DNA of 25,805 bases, from assembly GCA_038321985.1 (NCBI GenBank), contig JBBQFN010000052.1, forward strand, positions 1-25,805. Reading direction: 5' to 3'. Source of the DNA: Cyanophyceae cyanobacterium (GTDB taxonomy: Bacteria; Cyanobacteriota; Cyanobacteriia; Cyanobacteriales; Laspinemataceae). The position numbers were made by a program, and so were the translations under genes. Positions 1 to 9,609 of this stretch are shown here, one piece after another; position 1 is the stretch's first letter, and each line of letters begins with the position of its first letter. The notes under the pieces are model-generated. The model saw only the letters and a list, made by a program, of their open reading frames with translations. It had not been told where the DNA came from and did no database searches.

Positions 1-1002
1 GTATTTTGGGGATTTATGAGACTCGTTTTGGTCACTTTTAGAGCTAGAAGCCTTGACTTGTAAGGCTTTCAGTTCCTGGGCTGGGGAGCGAGTACAAAAC
101 TAATTAGAAAAACTTATCACCAAAAAGTCTGAAGAGCCAAATATTCTACAATTTTAAAATCCAATAAAACATTATTAAATTTAAAATTTATAATTAATAT
201 TTTTAATTTACTTCCCTGATAAATTACCAAAATTTAATCCATAAATTGTAAACTTAATATTAAGTAGTCGAGGCCGATTAAAGTTAAGGCAGAGGGAGGA
301 TATAAAATTAAAGAAAGTCCTGTTTTGGAGATTAGACTTCTTGCAGAGTTGTAAAAAGCCCCCTAAAAAAAGGCGGGTTGGGGGAATTTCTACGCAATGA
401 AAGCAAAAGGTCTATTATCCTGGGAGACGGTATGCGATCGCCTCGATCGCGGAATGGACATGACTAGCACTGCGGGGCACATAGTCAAGAACTTAACTCC
501 TTCCAGGGGTTAGTTCCGGAGTCAGCAAGCGCACAGGGGTTTGAATCGACACCGGGAGTCATGGCGATCGCTGTGAACCTCATTTTTCCATTGGGGTCGT
601 CGGCAATTGCCCTGAAAAATTTGTAAAATGAAGTGGAAAATGCCCATCTTTACCATTTTTCGCCTTCTCCCTATTTTGCCCCTCCTCTATCCCCTCAATT
701 GTGGCATTTTATCTCAAAATTTATAGACCGTGCGATCGCCACCCCGTCTGATAAAACTTCGGAATGAACTCCGGGAATAACTAGCTAGTCGAGGACCTAA
801 TTTATTACCAATTTCTGGCAGGAAATAAAGCTATCTCACCAGAAAGAATCGAGGGATTTAATCGATTTTTTTAAGTGAATCCTTCCTTGGATAGATGTAA
901 AAATTCCAGGAAATCATGTAAACCCAAGATGAGCAGAGACAGATCCAGGGCAAAATAATTGCCAAGTGAGTCCGAGAACCCAAATAACCAGGATGTCTGT
1001 AA

Positions 1003-4000
1003 ATGATGGAACAGCAACCAGCCAAAAACACAAAACCATTGGGATTGACAGGTAGCTATTATCTGGAAACCCTACAAAAGGCTCGTGACTGGTCCAGCAC
1101 ACCTCTGGGCGCGATCAAGACTTGGGGTCCCAGTTGGTGTACCGCAGTAAGTATGGGTCTGGCATCCCAATTTCCAACCCTACTATGGTGGGGTCCCGAA
1201 CGGCTACTGATTTATAATCAAGCGGCCCTAAACTGGGTGGGGGACCGGAATCATCCGAACTCCCTGGGTAAAGCCGGACGAGAAGTGGTACACCCGGAAA
1301 CTTGGAACATTCTCTCTCCCATGCTAGAACGGGTGTTCAGCAGCGGAGAGGGGGTGGGAATAGAGAATTGTCATCTTGTGTTTGATGCCGAGGACTCGGG
1401 GGTGGCTGGTGGTTGCTTCAGTCTCTCTCACAGCCCAGTCTATGATGAATATGGTTGCATTTGTGGGGTATTGACCACGGCGATCGCCATTCCTGATCCG
1501 AAGAAGGAGCCCCCTAGGGATGGGGAAGAAACCTCGCTCCCTTCCGCTGTAGGGGTTCCCCAGGGTGAGTCTGCGCTCCCCGCCCGTATCTTGCTGGTTG
1601 ATGATAATTCGGTACGCCGCAATTATGTAGAGTCCCAACTGCTGCGCCGGGGATATCAAGTCAAAACCGCAGGCGATCGCACAACCGCCCTAAATGCCGC
1701 CCGGGATTTCGCCCCTGAAGCAATTCTCACCGAAGCGATCGCCCCGGAAACTGAAAAAGTAGAGTGGTTACAGGAATTAGGCGCGGGATTGAACGGAAAA
1801 AATATCCCGGTTATCCAGTTTCCGCTCCCGGTTGAGGACGGCGAATCCGTGGACATCGCCCTGAAAACTGAGGGATGGCAGGATTTTTCCCACTGCTCAT
1901 TTAGTGTTTACGAACTGCGCACAGGGGTCAAAACTCCCTTAGAAATTGCTCCACTCCGTCAAGGGGCGAAGCTGTGGGAACAGGCACTACGCGAATTCCC
2001 CACGGCGACAGAGGAGGAAACCCCCTCTTTTTTAGAAAGCATCACCGATGGGGTTGCCTGTTTTGATCCCCAGGGACGTTATACTTATATTAATACAGCG
2101 GGGGCGAAACTGCTCAATCAGCAGCCCGAAAACCTGATTGGACAATCTCCCTGGGAGATATTTCCCCAAAGCGTTGGCAGTTCTTTTTATCGGGGGTATC
2201 ATCGAGCCTTGGCAGAAGGGAGAGTGATCGCACTTGAAGAGGATTATCCCCCATTGCAAAAAAGGTTTGAAGTGCGGTTTTATCCTCATCAAGGAGGGCT
2301 TTGTGCTTATTTTCGAGAACAGAGTGAGAGAACGAATACGGGGAGGATAGAACTTCACCAAGAACGGGATTTTTTGGCTGGGGTGGTGAATGCCATTCCT
2401 AATTTAGTCGTCATTCTCGATTGCCAAGGGCGGATTGTGAGTTTTAATCAGGCGTGCGAAACAACCACGGGTTATGGTTTTGGGGAAGTTCAGGGGAGTT
2501 ATCTGTGGGAACGGTTGTTGGTTCCTGAGCAAATCCAGTCAGTGAGAGCTGTGTTCGAGAACTTGCGCTCAACGGGGATGGCCCGGGAGTATATCAACGA
2601 CTGGGTAACGAAAGATGGATCCCGACGAGCGATCGCCTGGTCCAATGCGGTCTTACGCGACCGGGATGGGGAGATAGAATATATTATCGCCACCGGCATT
2701 GATATCAGCGATCGCTATGCTGCCGAAGCCGCCCTGCGTCAGTCCACGGAACGCTTTCGTATAGCTGCGGAAAACGCCAGCAATTCGATTTATGAATGGG
2801 AGATTGCCACCGGAAAAGTGGAATGGTTTGGGAATGTGGATGAACAGCTTGGATATCAGGCGGGAGAATTTTCTCGCACTCGACAAGCATGGCTTGATCG
2901 CCTGCATCCGAATGATCGAGATCGGATTCAAGGTGCGATACAACGCCATTTACAGACCCGCGAACCCTTTAATGAAGAGTACCAAATTCAGCGGGCTGAT
3001 GGGATTTATGTCTATTGGAGCGATCGGGGAACTGCCCTCTGGGATGAACAAGGACAACCGTATAAATGGATCGGGGCTACAACCGATATAACTTTGCGTC
3101 AGTGGGCGCAAAAAGAAATCCTTAAGCTCAATCGCACCTTAAATCGCCGGGTTAAAGAGCTACAAACCCTACTGAAATTTATCCCCATAGGCATTGCTAT
3201 TTCTGAGGATTCACGTTGTGAGCAAATCAGATTTAATTCTGCCCTAGCCCAGAATTTAGGGATTTCTTCTCCGATTGTACCCCATTCTACGCCGCTGCCA
3301 TCTCCAAGCGAACATGGATTTAGGTTCTATCATCATGGCCGGGAACTGACTCCTGAAGAATACCCCATGCGATATGCTGCCACACAGCGGGTAGAAGTGC
3401 TAGAGTTTGAAGTCGATGCAATTCATGAAGATGGCAGAGTAATCGAATTTCTGACCTATGCCGCCCCGATCTTGGATGAAGAAGGCCAAACCCGAGGATG
3501 TGTAGGAGCATTTGTAGATATTACCCAGCGGAATCGGACCGAAGAAGCCCTCCGCAACAGCGAAAAACTCTATCGTTCCCTTGCGGAAGCTCTCCCGCAA
3601 ATGATTTTTTTGTGTACCCTTTACGGGAAGATAGAATATAGCAATCCCAGCGGGTTGAATTATACCGGGTTGAGCTCAGAGCAAATTTTGGTCTGTTCGG
3701 CCTTAGATTTTATTCATCCACGCGATCGCCAAGAAGCAATTGGCGCATGGCGAAACGCCATCACCACGGGAACCGCTTACGAAATAGAGATTCGCTTGCA
3801 GCGGTGTGATGGGCTTTACCGTTGGCACATCCTCCGCATGAATCCCATCGCCGGAGTTAGCGATCGCATCCTTCATTGGTTAGGAACGGCCACAGATATT
3901 GAGGACCGCAAGCGATCGCAACAGCAAGAACAGTTTTTAGCCCAGGCAAGTAGCGTGTTGGCGAATTCCCTAGACTATCAAACCACCTTAGATAGTCTAG

Positions 4001-5616
4001 CTCATCTCACCGTACCCAACATAGCCGATTGGTGTGCGATCGATGTCGTGGAAAAAGAGGGGACAATCGAGCGGCTGGCGGTAGCTCACATAGATCCAGC
4101 CAAAGAAGAACTCGCCCGAGAACTTCATCGACGTTATCCCCCTAAAAAAGAAATGACAACAGGGATGCGTAATGTCCTGCGCACTGGACAATCAGAACTT
4201 TATCCCTATCTCCCCGACTCTGTGCTTATCCAGTCCGCATCCGATGCAGAACATCTCAGAATTTTGCGGGAATTACGCTTAAGTAGCGCCATGTGCGTCC
4301 CCCTGAAAGCGCGAGGACGAACCCTGGGCGCGATCACATTTGTGTTAGAGGCAGGCAGTCGCCGCTACGATCGCACAGACTTAATTGTAGCCGAAAAATT
4401 GGCTCATCGCGCCGCGATCGCCCTGGATAACGCCCGTCTTTATCGGGAAGCACAAGAAGCAAACCGGCTTAAAGATGAGTTTCTAGCCACCCTATCTCAC
4501 GAGTTACGAACTCCACTCAATTGTATTCTGGGATGGTCACAGATTTTACGAAATCGCCGACTTTCTGAGGACAAAATGGGATTAGCCTTAGAAACCATCG
4601 AACGTAACGCCCGGGCGCAGTTTCAACTAATTGAGGACATTCTCGATGTTTCGCGGATCATCACGGGAAAATTACGGCTGAATGTGACCTCAGTCTCCCT
4701 GATGAAGGCGATCGCCGGGGCGATCGAATCGATTCGTCCGGCTGCCGATGCTAAACATATTCAACTCAAGACTCATCTTGATCGCCATGCCGGAACTGTT
4801 TCCGGCGACCGCGATCGCTTGCAACAAATTGTCTGGAACTTACTCTCGAACGCCATTAAATTTACACCCCCCCAGGGCTGCGTTACTGTTTTTCTGGAGC
4901 AATATGAGAGTTCCCTACAAATCCGAATTGTGGATACAGGGCAGGGAATTAAATCGGAATTTTTACCCTACGTCTTTGATCGCTTCCGGCAGGCTGACAG
5001 TTCTACCACGCGTGCCCATAGTGGGCTGGGACTCGGACTGGCGATCGTGCGTCACCTCACCGAACTCCACGGTGGTACAGTCAGTGTTCAGAGTCCGGGG
5101 TTGGGTCAAGGTGCGACCTTCACCCTAGAACTTCCCCTGATGCCTCCGTGCGAGCTATCGGATCCCACAGACCATAATGGCGCAACTTTAAAGACTTCCG
5201 AGGCTGTCAACCGGGCAGCTTGTCTGGACGGGATGAGAATTCTGGTGGTGGATGATGAAGCCGATGGGCGAGACTTAATCGCCCTCGTTTTGGAAGAGTG
5301 CGGTGCACAGGTACAAACCGCAGCCTCGGTGCGTCAGGGCTTAATCGCCCTTCAGAACTTTTCCCCCCAAGTGCTAATTTCGGATATCGCCATGCCCGAA
5401 GAAGATGGATATACTTTGATTCATCACATTCGGAGGAGGGAATTATCCGAAGGGGGATATCTACCCGCAGCCGCAGTCACAGCCTATGCCAGGGCAGAAG
5501 ACCGCACCCGAGTGCTCCAAGCTGGGTATGATATCCACTTACCGAAACCTGTGGATACAGCCGAATTAATCGCCGTAGTCGAACGCCTTGCCGCGCGATC
5601 GCATCAGATCTCATAA
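1003..5616 (+). CDS. Cytoplasmic hybrid sensor histidine kinase: PAS-like, degenerate REC, several PAS/PAC, GAF, HisKA, HATPase, REC
   Basis: 1537-aa ORF. H-box LSHELRTPL, N-box NLLSNAIKFT, G1 DTGQGI, G2 GLGLGLAIV. C-terminal REC (ILVVDDE..SDIAMP..KP). PAC ends such as GIDIS, TTDIT, FVDIT, ATDIED. GAF segment ADWCAIDVVE..CVPLKARGRTLG. Confidence 0.95.
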   Translation: MMEQQPAKNTKPLGLTGSYYLETLQKARDWSSTPLGAIKTWGPSWCTAVSMGLASQFPTLLWWGPERLLIYNQAALNWVGDRNHPNSLGKAGREVVHPETWNILSPMLERVFSSGEGVGIENCHLVFDAEDSGVAGGCFSLSHSPVYDEYGCICGVLTTAIAIPDPKKEPPRDGEETSLPSAVGVPQGESALPARILLVDDNSVRRNYVESQLLRRGYQVKTAGDRTTALNAARDFAPEAILTEAIAPETEKVEWLQELGAGLNGKNIPVIQFPLPVEDGESVDIALKTEGWQDFSHCSFSVYELRTGVKTPLEIAPLRQGAKLWEQALREFPTATEEETPSFLESITDGVACFDPQGRYTYINTAGAKLLNQQPENLIGQSPWEIFPQSVGSSFYRGYHRALAEGRVIALEEDYPPLQKRFEVRFYPHQGGLCAYFREQSERTNTGRIELHQERDFLAGVVNAIPNLVVILDCQGRIVSFNQACETTTGYGFGEVQGSYLWERLLVPEQIQSVRAVFENLRSTGMAREYINDWVTKDGSRRAIAWSNAVLRDRDGEIEYIIATGIDISDRYAAEAALRQSTERFRIAAENASNSIYEWEIATGKVEWFGNVDEQLGYQAGEFSRTRQAWLDRLHPNDRDRIQGAIQRHLQTREPFNEEYQIQRADGIYVYWSDRGTALWDEQGQPYKWIGATTDITLRQWAQKEILKLNRTLNRRVKELQTLLKFIPIGIAISEDSRCEQIRFNSALAQNLGISSPIVPHSTPLPSPSEHGFRFYHHGRELTPEEYPMRYAATQRVEVLEFEVDAIHEDGRVIEFLTYAAPILDEEGQTRGCVGAFVDITQRNRTEEALRNSEKLYRSLAEALPQMIFLCTLYGKIEYSNPSGLNYTGLSSEQILVCSALDFIHPRDRQEAIGAWRNAITTGTAYEIEIRLQRCDGLYRWHILRMNPIAGVSDRILHWLGTATDIEDRKRSQQQEQFLAQASSVLANSLDYQTTLDSLAHLTVPNIADWCAIDVVEKEGTIERLAVAHIDPAKEELARELHRRYPPKKEMTTGMRNVLRTGQSELYPYLPDSVLIQSASDAEHLRILRELRLSSAMCVPLKARGRTLGAITFVLEAGSRRYDRTDLIVAEKLAHRAAIALDNARLYREAQEANRLKDEFLATLSHELRTPLNCILGWSQILRNRRLSEDKMGLALETIERNARAQFQLIEDILDVSRIITGKLRLNVTSVSLMKAIAGAIESIRPAADAKHIQLKTHLDRHAGTVSGDRDRLQQIVWNLLSNAIKFTPPQGCVTVFLEQYESSLQIRIVDTGQGIKSEFLPYVFDRFRQADSSTTRAHSGLGLGLAIVRHLTELHGGTVSVQSPGLGQGATFTLELPLMPPCELSDPTDHNGATLKTSEAVNRAACLDGMRILVVDDEADGRDLIALVLEECGAQVQTAASVRQGLIALQNFSPQVLISDIAMPEEDGYTLIHHIRRRELSEGGYLPAAAVTAYARAEDRTRVLQAGYDIHLPKPVDTAELIAVVERLAARSHQIS

Positions 5617-5644
5617 ACGGAGGAGGGGCCATCGCCTTGCAGAT

Positions 5645-7801
5645 TTACCGATAGCAGGCTAAGCGCTGTTGCACTTGGTTCCGCAGCGTCGGACTTTCCA
5701 GCGATCGTACCACCTGCATCGCCAGATCAAATTCCCCCAATCGTCCATAGCCGATGGCGATTTCTTCATACAAACTCCCCCGATCCATCCAGTCATCTAC
5801 TTCTGTGTACTGAATCAGATTCCCCTCGGCATCTGTCTGTCCCTTCAATATCAGGAGATTCGATTCTTCCCCCGGAATGGTCTGTGCAATATCAAAGGAT
5901 TGGTCTAACGCTTCGCGGGCAAAATCCCGTTTCCCCATTTTCATAGTTTGATCGGCGATCTTAATCAGATGACTAACCCGTTCTGCGGGTGATTTTAATA
6001 AATCAAGTAGCTGATAGGCTGAATTCATTTCTCCCGATTCGATGAATTTTTCGGCCAGTCGATTAATTAAAGTGCTTTGGAAATATTCATCTTTCATCCC
6101 CCTGATTAGCTTCAATCCAAAGTCATAGAGTCTTGCTTCCAAAAGCCGATCAAATACTGTTACCCAGGCATAAGAATTTTCTTGGACCTGGTTACTCATT
6201 AAGAGGGCTTGGGTAAATAATTCTTCAGCCTTTGCCGGTTGTCCCGCTTTAGCATATTCAGCCGCAATTCCCGCAAGGGCTTCAAATTTTAGCTCATCAC
6301 TCTCTAGGGAATCAACTAATTTTATCCCCCGGTCTAATAGTTCAGCCCCCCGTTCCGTTTGTCCAAGTTTTTGATAAGTAAAGGCGACTGTGACTAAGTT
6401 AATCGGAAAAATTTCCGCAGCCTTAACCGCGATTTCATCATTCCCTCGGGTAGCTGCCGCCGTTGCCAATTCTAACAAAAGGGTCTGTTGTTGTTCCGGG
6501 TAGGGAATTTTCCGGGCAGCTTGAATCGCCTCATCATATAGTCCCACCCGAGTATAATCCCGAACCATATCCATCAGGAGAAACTGTTGTTCCTGCTGGT
6601 CGGGAATCGTCCCTAATGTTTCTAGGGCTTTTTGGGCAATAGCCGTGGCTTGATCCCGTTGTCCTTGAGTGGCATATTCAACCGCAATGGCACTGAGAAC
6701 TTTGGCGTTGATTTCCGGACTTACCACCGGCGTGAGTTCCTTTAAAGCAAGGTCCGGATATCCCGCTTCAGCATAGTGCATCAAAATAGGGGTAAGGGCT
6801 ATCATCCGACTATTTTGATCTAAAATAAAATTAACATTTCGCACTGCCTCGGTAAATAAGGGAACGACTCGGTTGGTTTGTCCCTGTTTGGCAGATTGTA
6901 ATCCTATTTCGGCTAAAATCCGGGCTTTAATTTCTGTTTCACTGACCCGATCTAGCACAATTTGGTGAGCGCGCTCGATGTTACCTTGCTCGGCCAAATC
7001 TCGGGCGATCACTGCAAAAGTGTCACTTCGATAATAAGCCTGAGAAATCTTATTGGCAATCTCTAGGGCTTTATCAACCTGTCCAATTTTCCCATAATAA
7101 ATGGCGAGGGGTTGGAAATCCCAGGCTTGACTATAGGCATCTTGATAGGTAATCGATTCGGCGTGATGGAGCGATCGCCCCAGGATTTGTGAGGCTTGAA
7201 TTGTATCTCCCAAAGCAACATAGGCGCGGGCGATTTCGGACAATCCCTTAGTTTTAAACGCCGCACCTCGGATGCCGGTTTCTGCTAGACTTGCGCGGGC
7301 GAGGGTTGCCAGGGCGCGATCGCGTTGTCCACTTTCGGCATACAACCGAGCAATTCCTGCTAAAGTCCTGGTTTTCCCGTAGCTATACCCGCTATCGAAG
7401 GTATTACTTACTCCCACTGCTGCCTCTAGGACGGGTGTCCCCAGATCGCCCATTCCACTTTCCACCAGGCGATCGATCAACTCTTCCAGTATCCCCTCTT
7501 GCGCCTGAGTGCCATTCACAATTTCCGTAAACGACAAGACTTTATCTCGGCTATTGCTAACACTTTGCATCAGTTGAAATAGCTCTGTCAAGTCCTGAGT
7601 GGCTCGCTCCAGTTTCCGAAGTTGGATATTATCCTGAGCGCGATCGCGCAATTCTAACAGGCGGTTTTGAGTGGGTTGGTTGCGTTCTTCCTGGCAATTC
7701 AAACCCTGGGCGATCGCCAACGGTTCCAGCCCCTTGCAGCCATTCATTAACAAAATCATACCTAACCCTAAACTCACGGTCCTGGCGACTGATTTTTTCA
7801 T
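5645..7801 (-). CDS. TPR-like helical-repeat protein, probable lipoprotein
   Basis: 718-aa ORF. MKK, a hydrophobic stretch, then LMNG-C lipobox-like motif at Cys22. Many repeats of the form LAxIAxxYAxxGxxDxA. Confidence 0.8.
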   Translation of the reverse strand: MKKSVARTVSLGLGMILLMNGCKGLEPLAIAQGLNCQEERNQPTQNRLLELRDRAQDNIQLRKLERATQDLTELFQLMQSVSNSRDKVLSFTEIVNGTQAQEGILEELIDRLVESGMGDLGTPVLEAAVGVSNTFDSGYSYGKTRTLAGIARLYAESGQRDRALATLARASLAETGIRGAAFKTKGLSEIARAYVALGDTIQASQILGRSLHHAESITYQDAYSQAWDFQPLAIYYGKIGQVDKALEIANKISQAYYRSDTFAVIARDLAEQGNIERAHQIVLDRVSETEIKARILAEIGLQSAKQGQTNRVVPLFTEAVRNVNFILDQNSRMIALTPILMHYAEAGYPDLALKELTPVVSPEINAKVLSAIAVEYATQGQRDQATAIAQKALETLGTIPDQQEQQFLLMDMVRDYTRVGLYDEAIQAARKIPYPEQQQTLLLELATAAATRGNDEIAVKAAEIFPINLVTVAFTYQKLGQTERGAELLDRGIKLVDSLESDELKFEALAGIAAEYAKAGQPAKAEELFTQALLMSNQVQENSYAWVTVFDRLLEARLYDFGLKLIRGMKDEYFQSTLINRLAEKFIESGEMNSAYQLLDLLKSPAERVSHLIKIADQTMKMGKRDFAREALDQSFDIAQTIPGEESNLLILKGQTDAEGNLIQYTEVDDWMDRGSLYEEIAIGYGRLGEFDLAMQVVRSLESPTLRNQVQQRLACYR

Positions 7802-7805
7802 AGAT

Positions 7806-9461
7806 TTATCGGGGTTCGTTATCGGTTCCTTTGTCTGATTCAGAAATGTTTTGAGGTAGATTTTTCCCCAGATGTTCTTGGCCCAAAAACTGTTCCAAAT
7901 TTTCAGAAGTTTCGGGCTGTTTATCCCCCCATTCCGAGGCCCTTTCCGCTGCTTTTTTACTCGACCCTTTAGCCACCCGATAGAGTGGCGTTGGCTGAGG
8001 AAGAGGCTCCGAGGAACCGGGCAGCAGTTCTAAGGGCGGGGATTTAGATACAGGGGGTTCGGGACGATTGGGGGGGTTTTGTTGCTTCGTTTTAGCGAGG
8101 CCGCGCCGTCGTTGAGACGTGCCTTCCTCTGCGGTATCTTCTGCAACCACCTCATAGAGAATTGCCCGTTTATTTTTCTGGGTGCCTTTTCGTAAAATCC
8201 GGCCTAATCGTTGAATATACTCCCGAGTTGACCCCGTTCCTGATAGTAAGATTGCCACTCTCGCATCTGGCACATCTACCCCTTCATTTAAGACATGAGA
8301 GGCGATAATCGTTTTATAAACCCCTTCTTTAAATCGGGTCAAAATTTCGTGACGTTCTTTCACCGGCGTTTGATGGGTTAGGGCCGGAATTAAAAAATCT
8401 TGAGAAATGCGATAAACTGTCGCATTATCCGCAGTAAAAATTAGGATACGTTCCGGGGAATGTCGGGCCAGCAAATCCGCTAAAATCCGCATTTTTCCAT
8501 CAGTACCCAAAGCGATTTCTTTCGCTTCCCGGTGGGCTAACATAGCCCGACGTCCCTGGGGCGATCGGGCTGAAGATTGTACAAAGTGTTGCCATCCTTG
8601 CAGACTCCCCAGAAAGATGTGAGATTGTTGTAAAAACTCATTGCGAGTTTTAATCAAGTGATCGTAGCGATCGCGCTCCAATTGGGAAAGTTTAACTTTA
8701 ATTTGGACAATTTCATGTTCTGCTAAAGCGCCCCCCGCTAACTCTTCCGGGGTTTTACGATAGACTTCCGGACCGATTAATTGAGTTAAATCGGCGTGTT
8801 TACCATCCGATCGCTCAGGAGTTGCCGTTAATCCCAACCGATACGGCGCGATCGAATATTCTGCGATCGCCCGATTAAAATCCGTAGGCAAATGATGACA
8901 CTCGTCAAACACTATCGACCCATAGCGATTTCCCAATGCCTCTGCATGGATGGCCGCACTGTCATACGTCGCTACTAAAATCGGACTTTTATCTCGAGAA
9001 CCGCCCCCCAATAACCCCACCTCCACATCGGGAAACGCCGCTGTCAACTGCGCATACCACTGATGCATCAAATCCAAAGTCGGAACCACAATCAGCGTCG
9101 TGCGCGGTGTCGCCTGCATCGCCAACTGCGCCAAATACGTCTTACCTGCCGCAGTCGGCAATACCACTACTCCCCATCGTCCCGCCTGTTTCCATGCTGT
9201 CAGCGCCTCTTGCTGATGTTGATAAGGCAGCATTTCAAAGCTAGGCACCAACTCTAGTGGCCCAAATCCCTTCGCCTCATCAATAAACTCCGTCCCCTCT
9301 GCTTTGAGCGCCTCAATCAAAGGACGATAGTCAATTGCCCGAACGCGAAACTTTTCCACCCGTTCATCCCAACAGGCAAAATCAATCCAAGCTTTACCTC
9401 GCGGCGGTGGATGCAGCAACAAAGTTCCCCGGTCAAACGTAATCGTCGGTATGCGGGCCAT
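7806..9461 (-). CDS. SF2 DExH helicase, XPB/Rad25(SSL2)-like
   Basis: Q motif PYQHQ, Walker A PTAAGKT, DECH, motif III TAT, LNEGVDVP, motif VI QRLGR. ATG at 9461 (MARIPT) preferred over the track's non-ATG start at 9512. Confidence 0.9.
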   Translation of the reverse strand: MARIPTITFDRGTLLLHPPPRGKAWIDFACWDERVEKFRVRAIDYRPLIEALKAEGTEFIDEAKGFGPLELVPSFEMLPYQHQQEALTAWKQAGRWGVVVLPTAAGKTYLAQLAMQATPRTTLIVVPTLDLMHQWYAQLTAAFPDVEVGLLGGGSRDKSPILVATYDSAAIHAEALGNRYGSIVFDECHHLPTDFNRAIAEYSIAPYRLGLTATPERSDGKHADLTQLIGPEVYRKTPEELAGGALAEHEIVQIKVKLSQLERDRYDHLIKTRNEFLQQSHIFLGSLQGWQHFVQSSARSPQGRRAMLAHREAKEIALGTDGKMRILADLLARHSPERILIFTADNATVYRISQDFLIPALTHQTPVKERHEILTRFKEGVYKTIIASHVLNEGVDVPDARVAILLSGTGSTREYIQRLGRILRKGTQKNKRAILYEVVAEDTAEEGTSQRRRGLAKTKQQNPPNRPEPPVSKSPPLELLPGSSEPLPQPTPLYRVAKGSSKKAAERASEWGDKQPETSENLEQFLGQEHLGKNLPQNISESDKGTDNEPR

Positions 9462-9609
9462 CAGTTTATCAAAGTTTTCATCCCTTACTAATTGTACTGG
9501 ACTCGGGTACACTTTGAGCCGCGTTATTAAAAGCTAAATATTGGCTTCCCTTAAATAGGGATAAATATTTTCCCGGTTTGCTGGTTCTCACTTCCCTACA
9601 CCCCCTTGT

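Noticed and set aside
3960..4450. GAF domain as a bilin photoreceptor
   Set aside because: No DIP or CH chromophore-binding motifs of phytochromes or cyanobacteriochromes.
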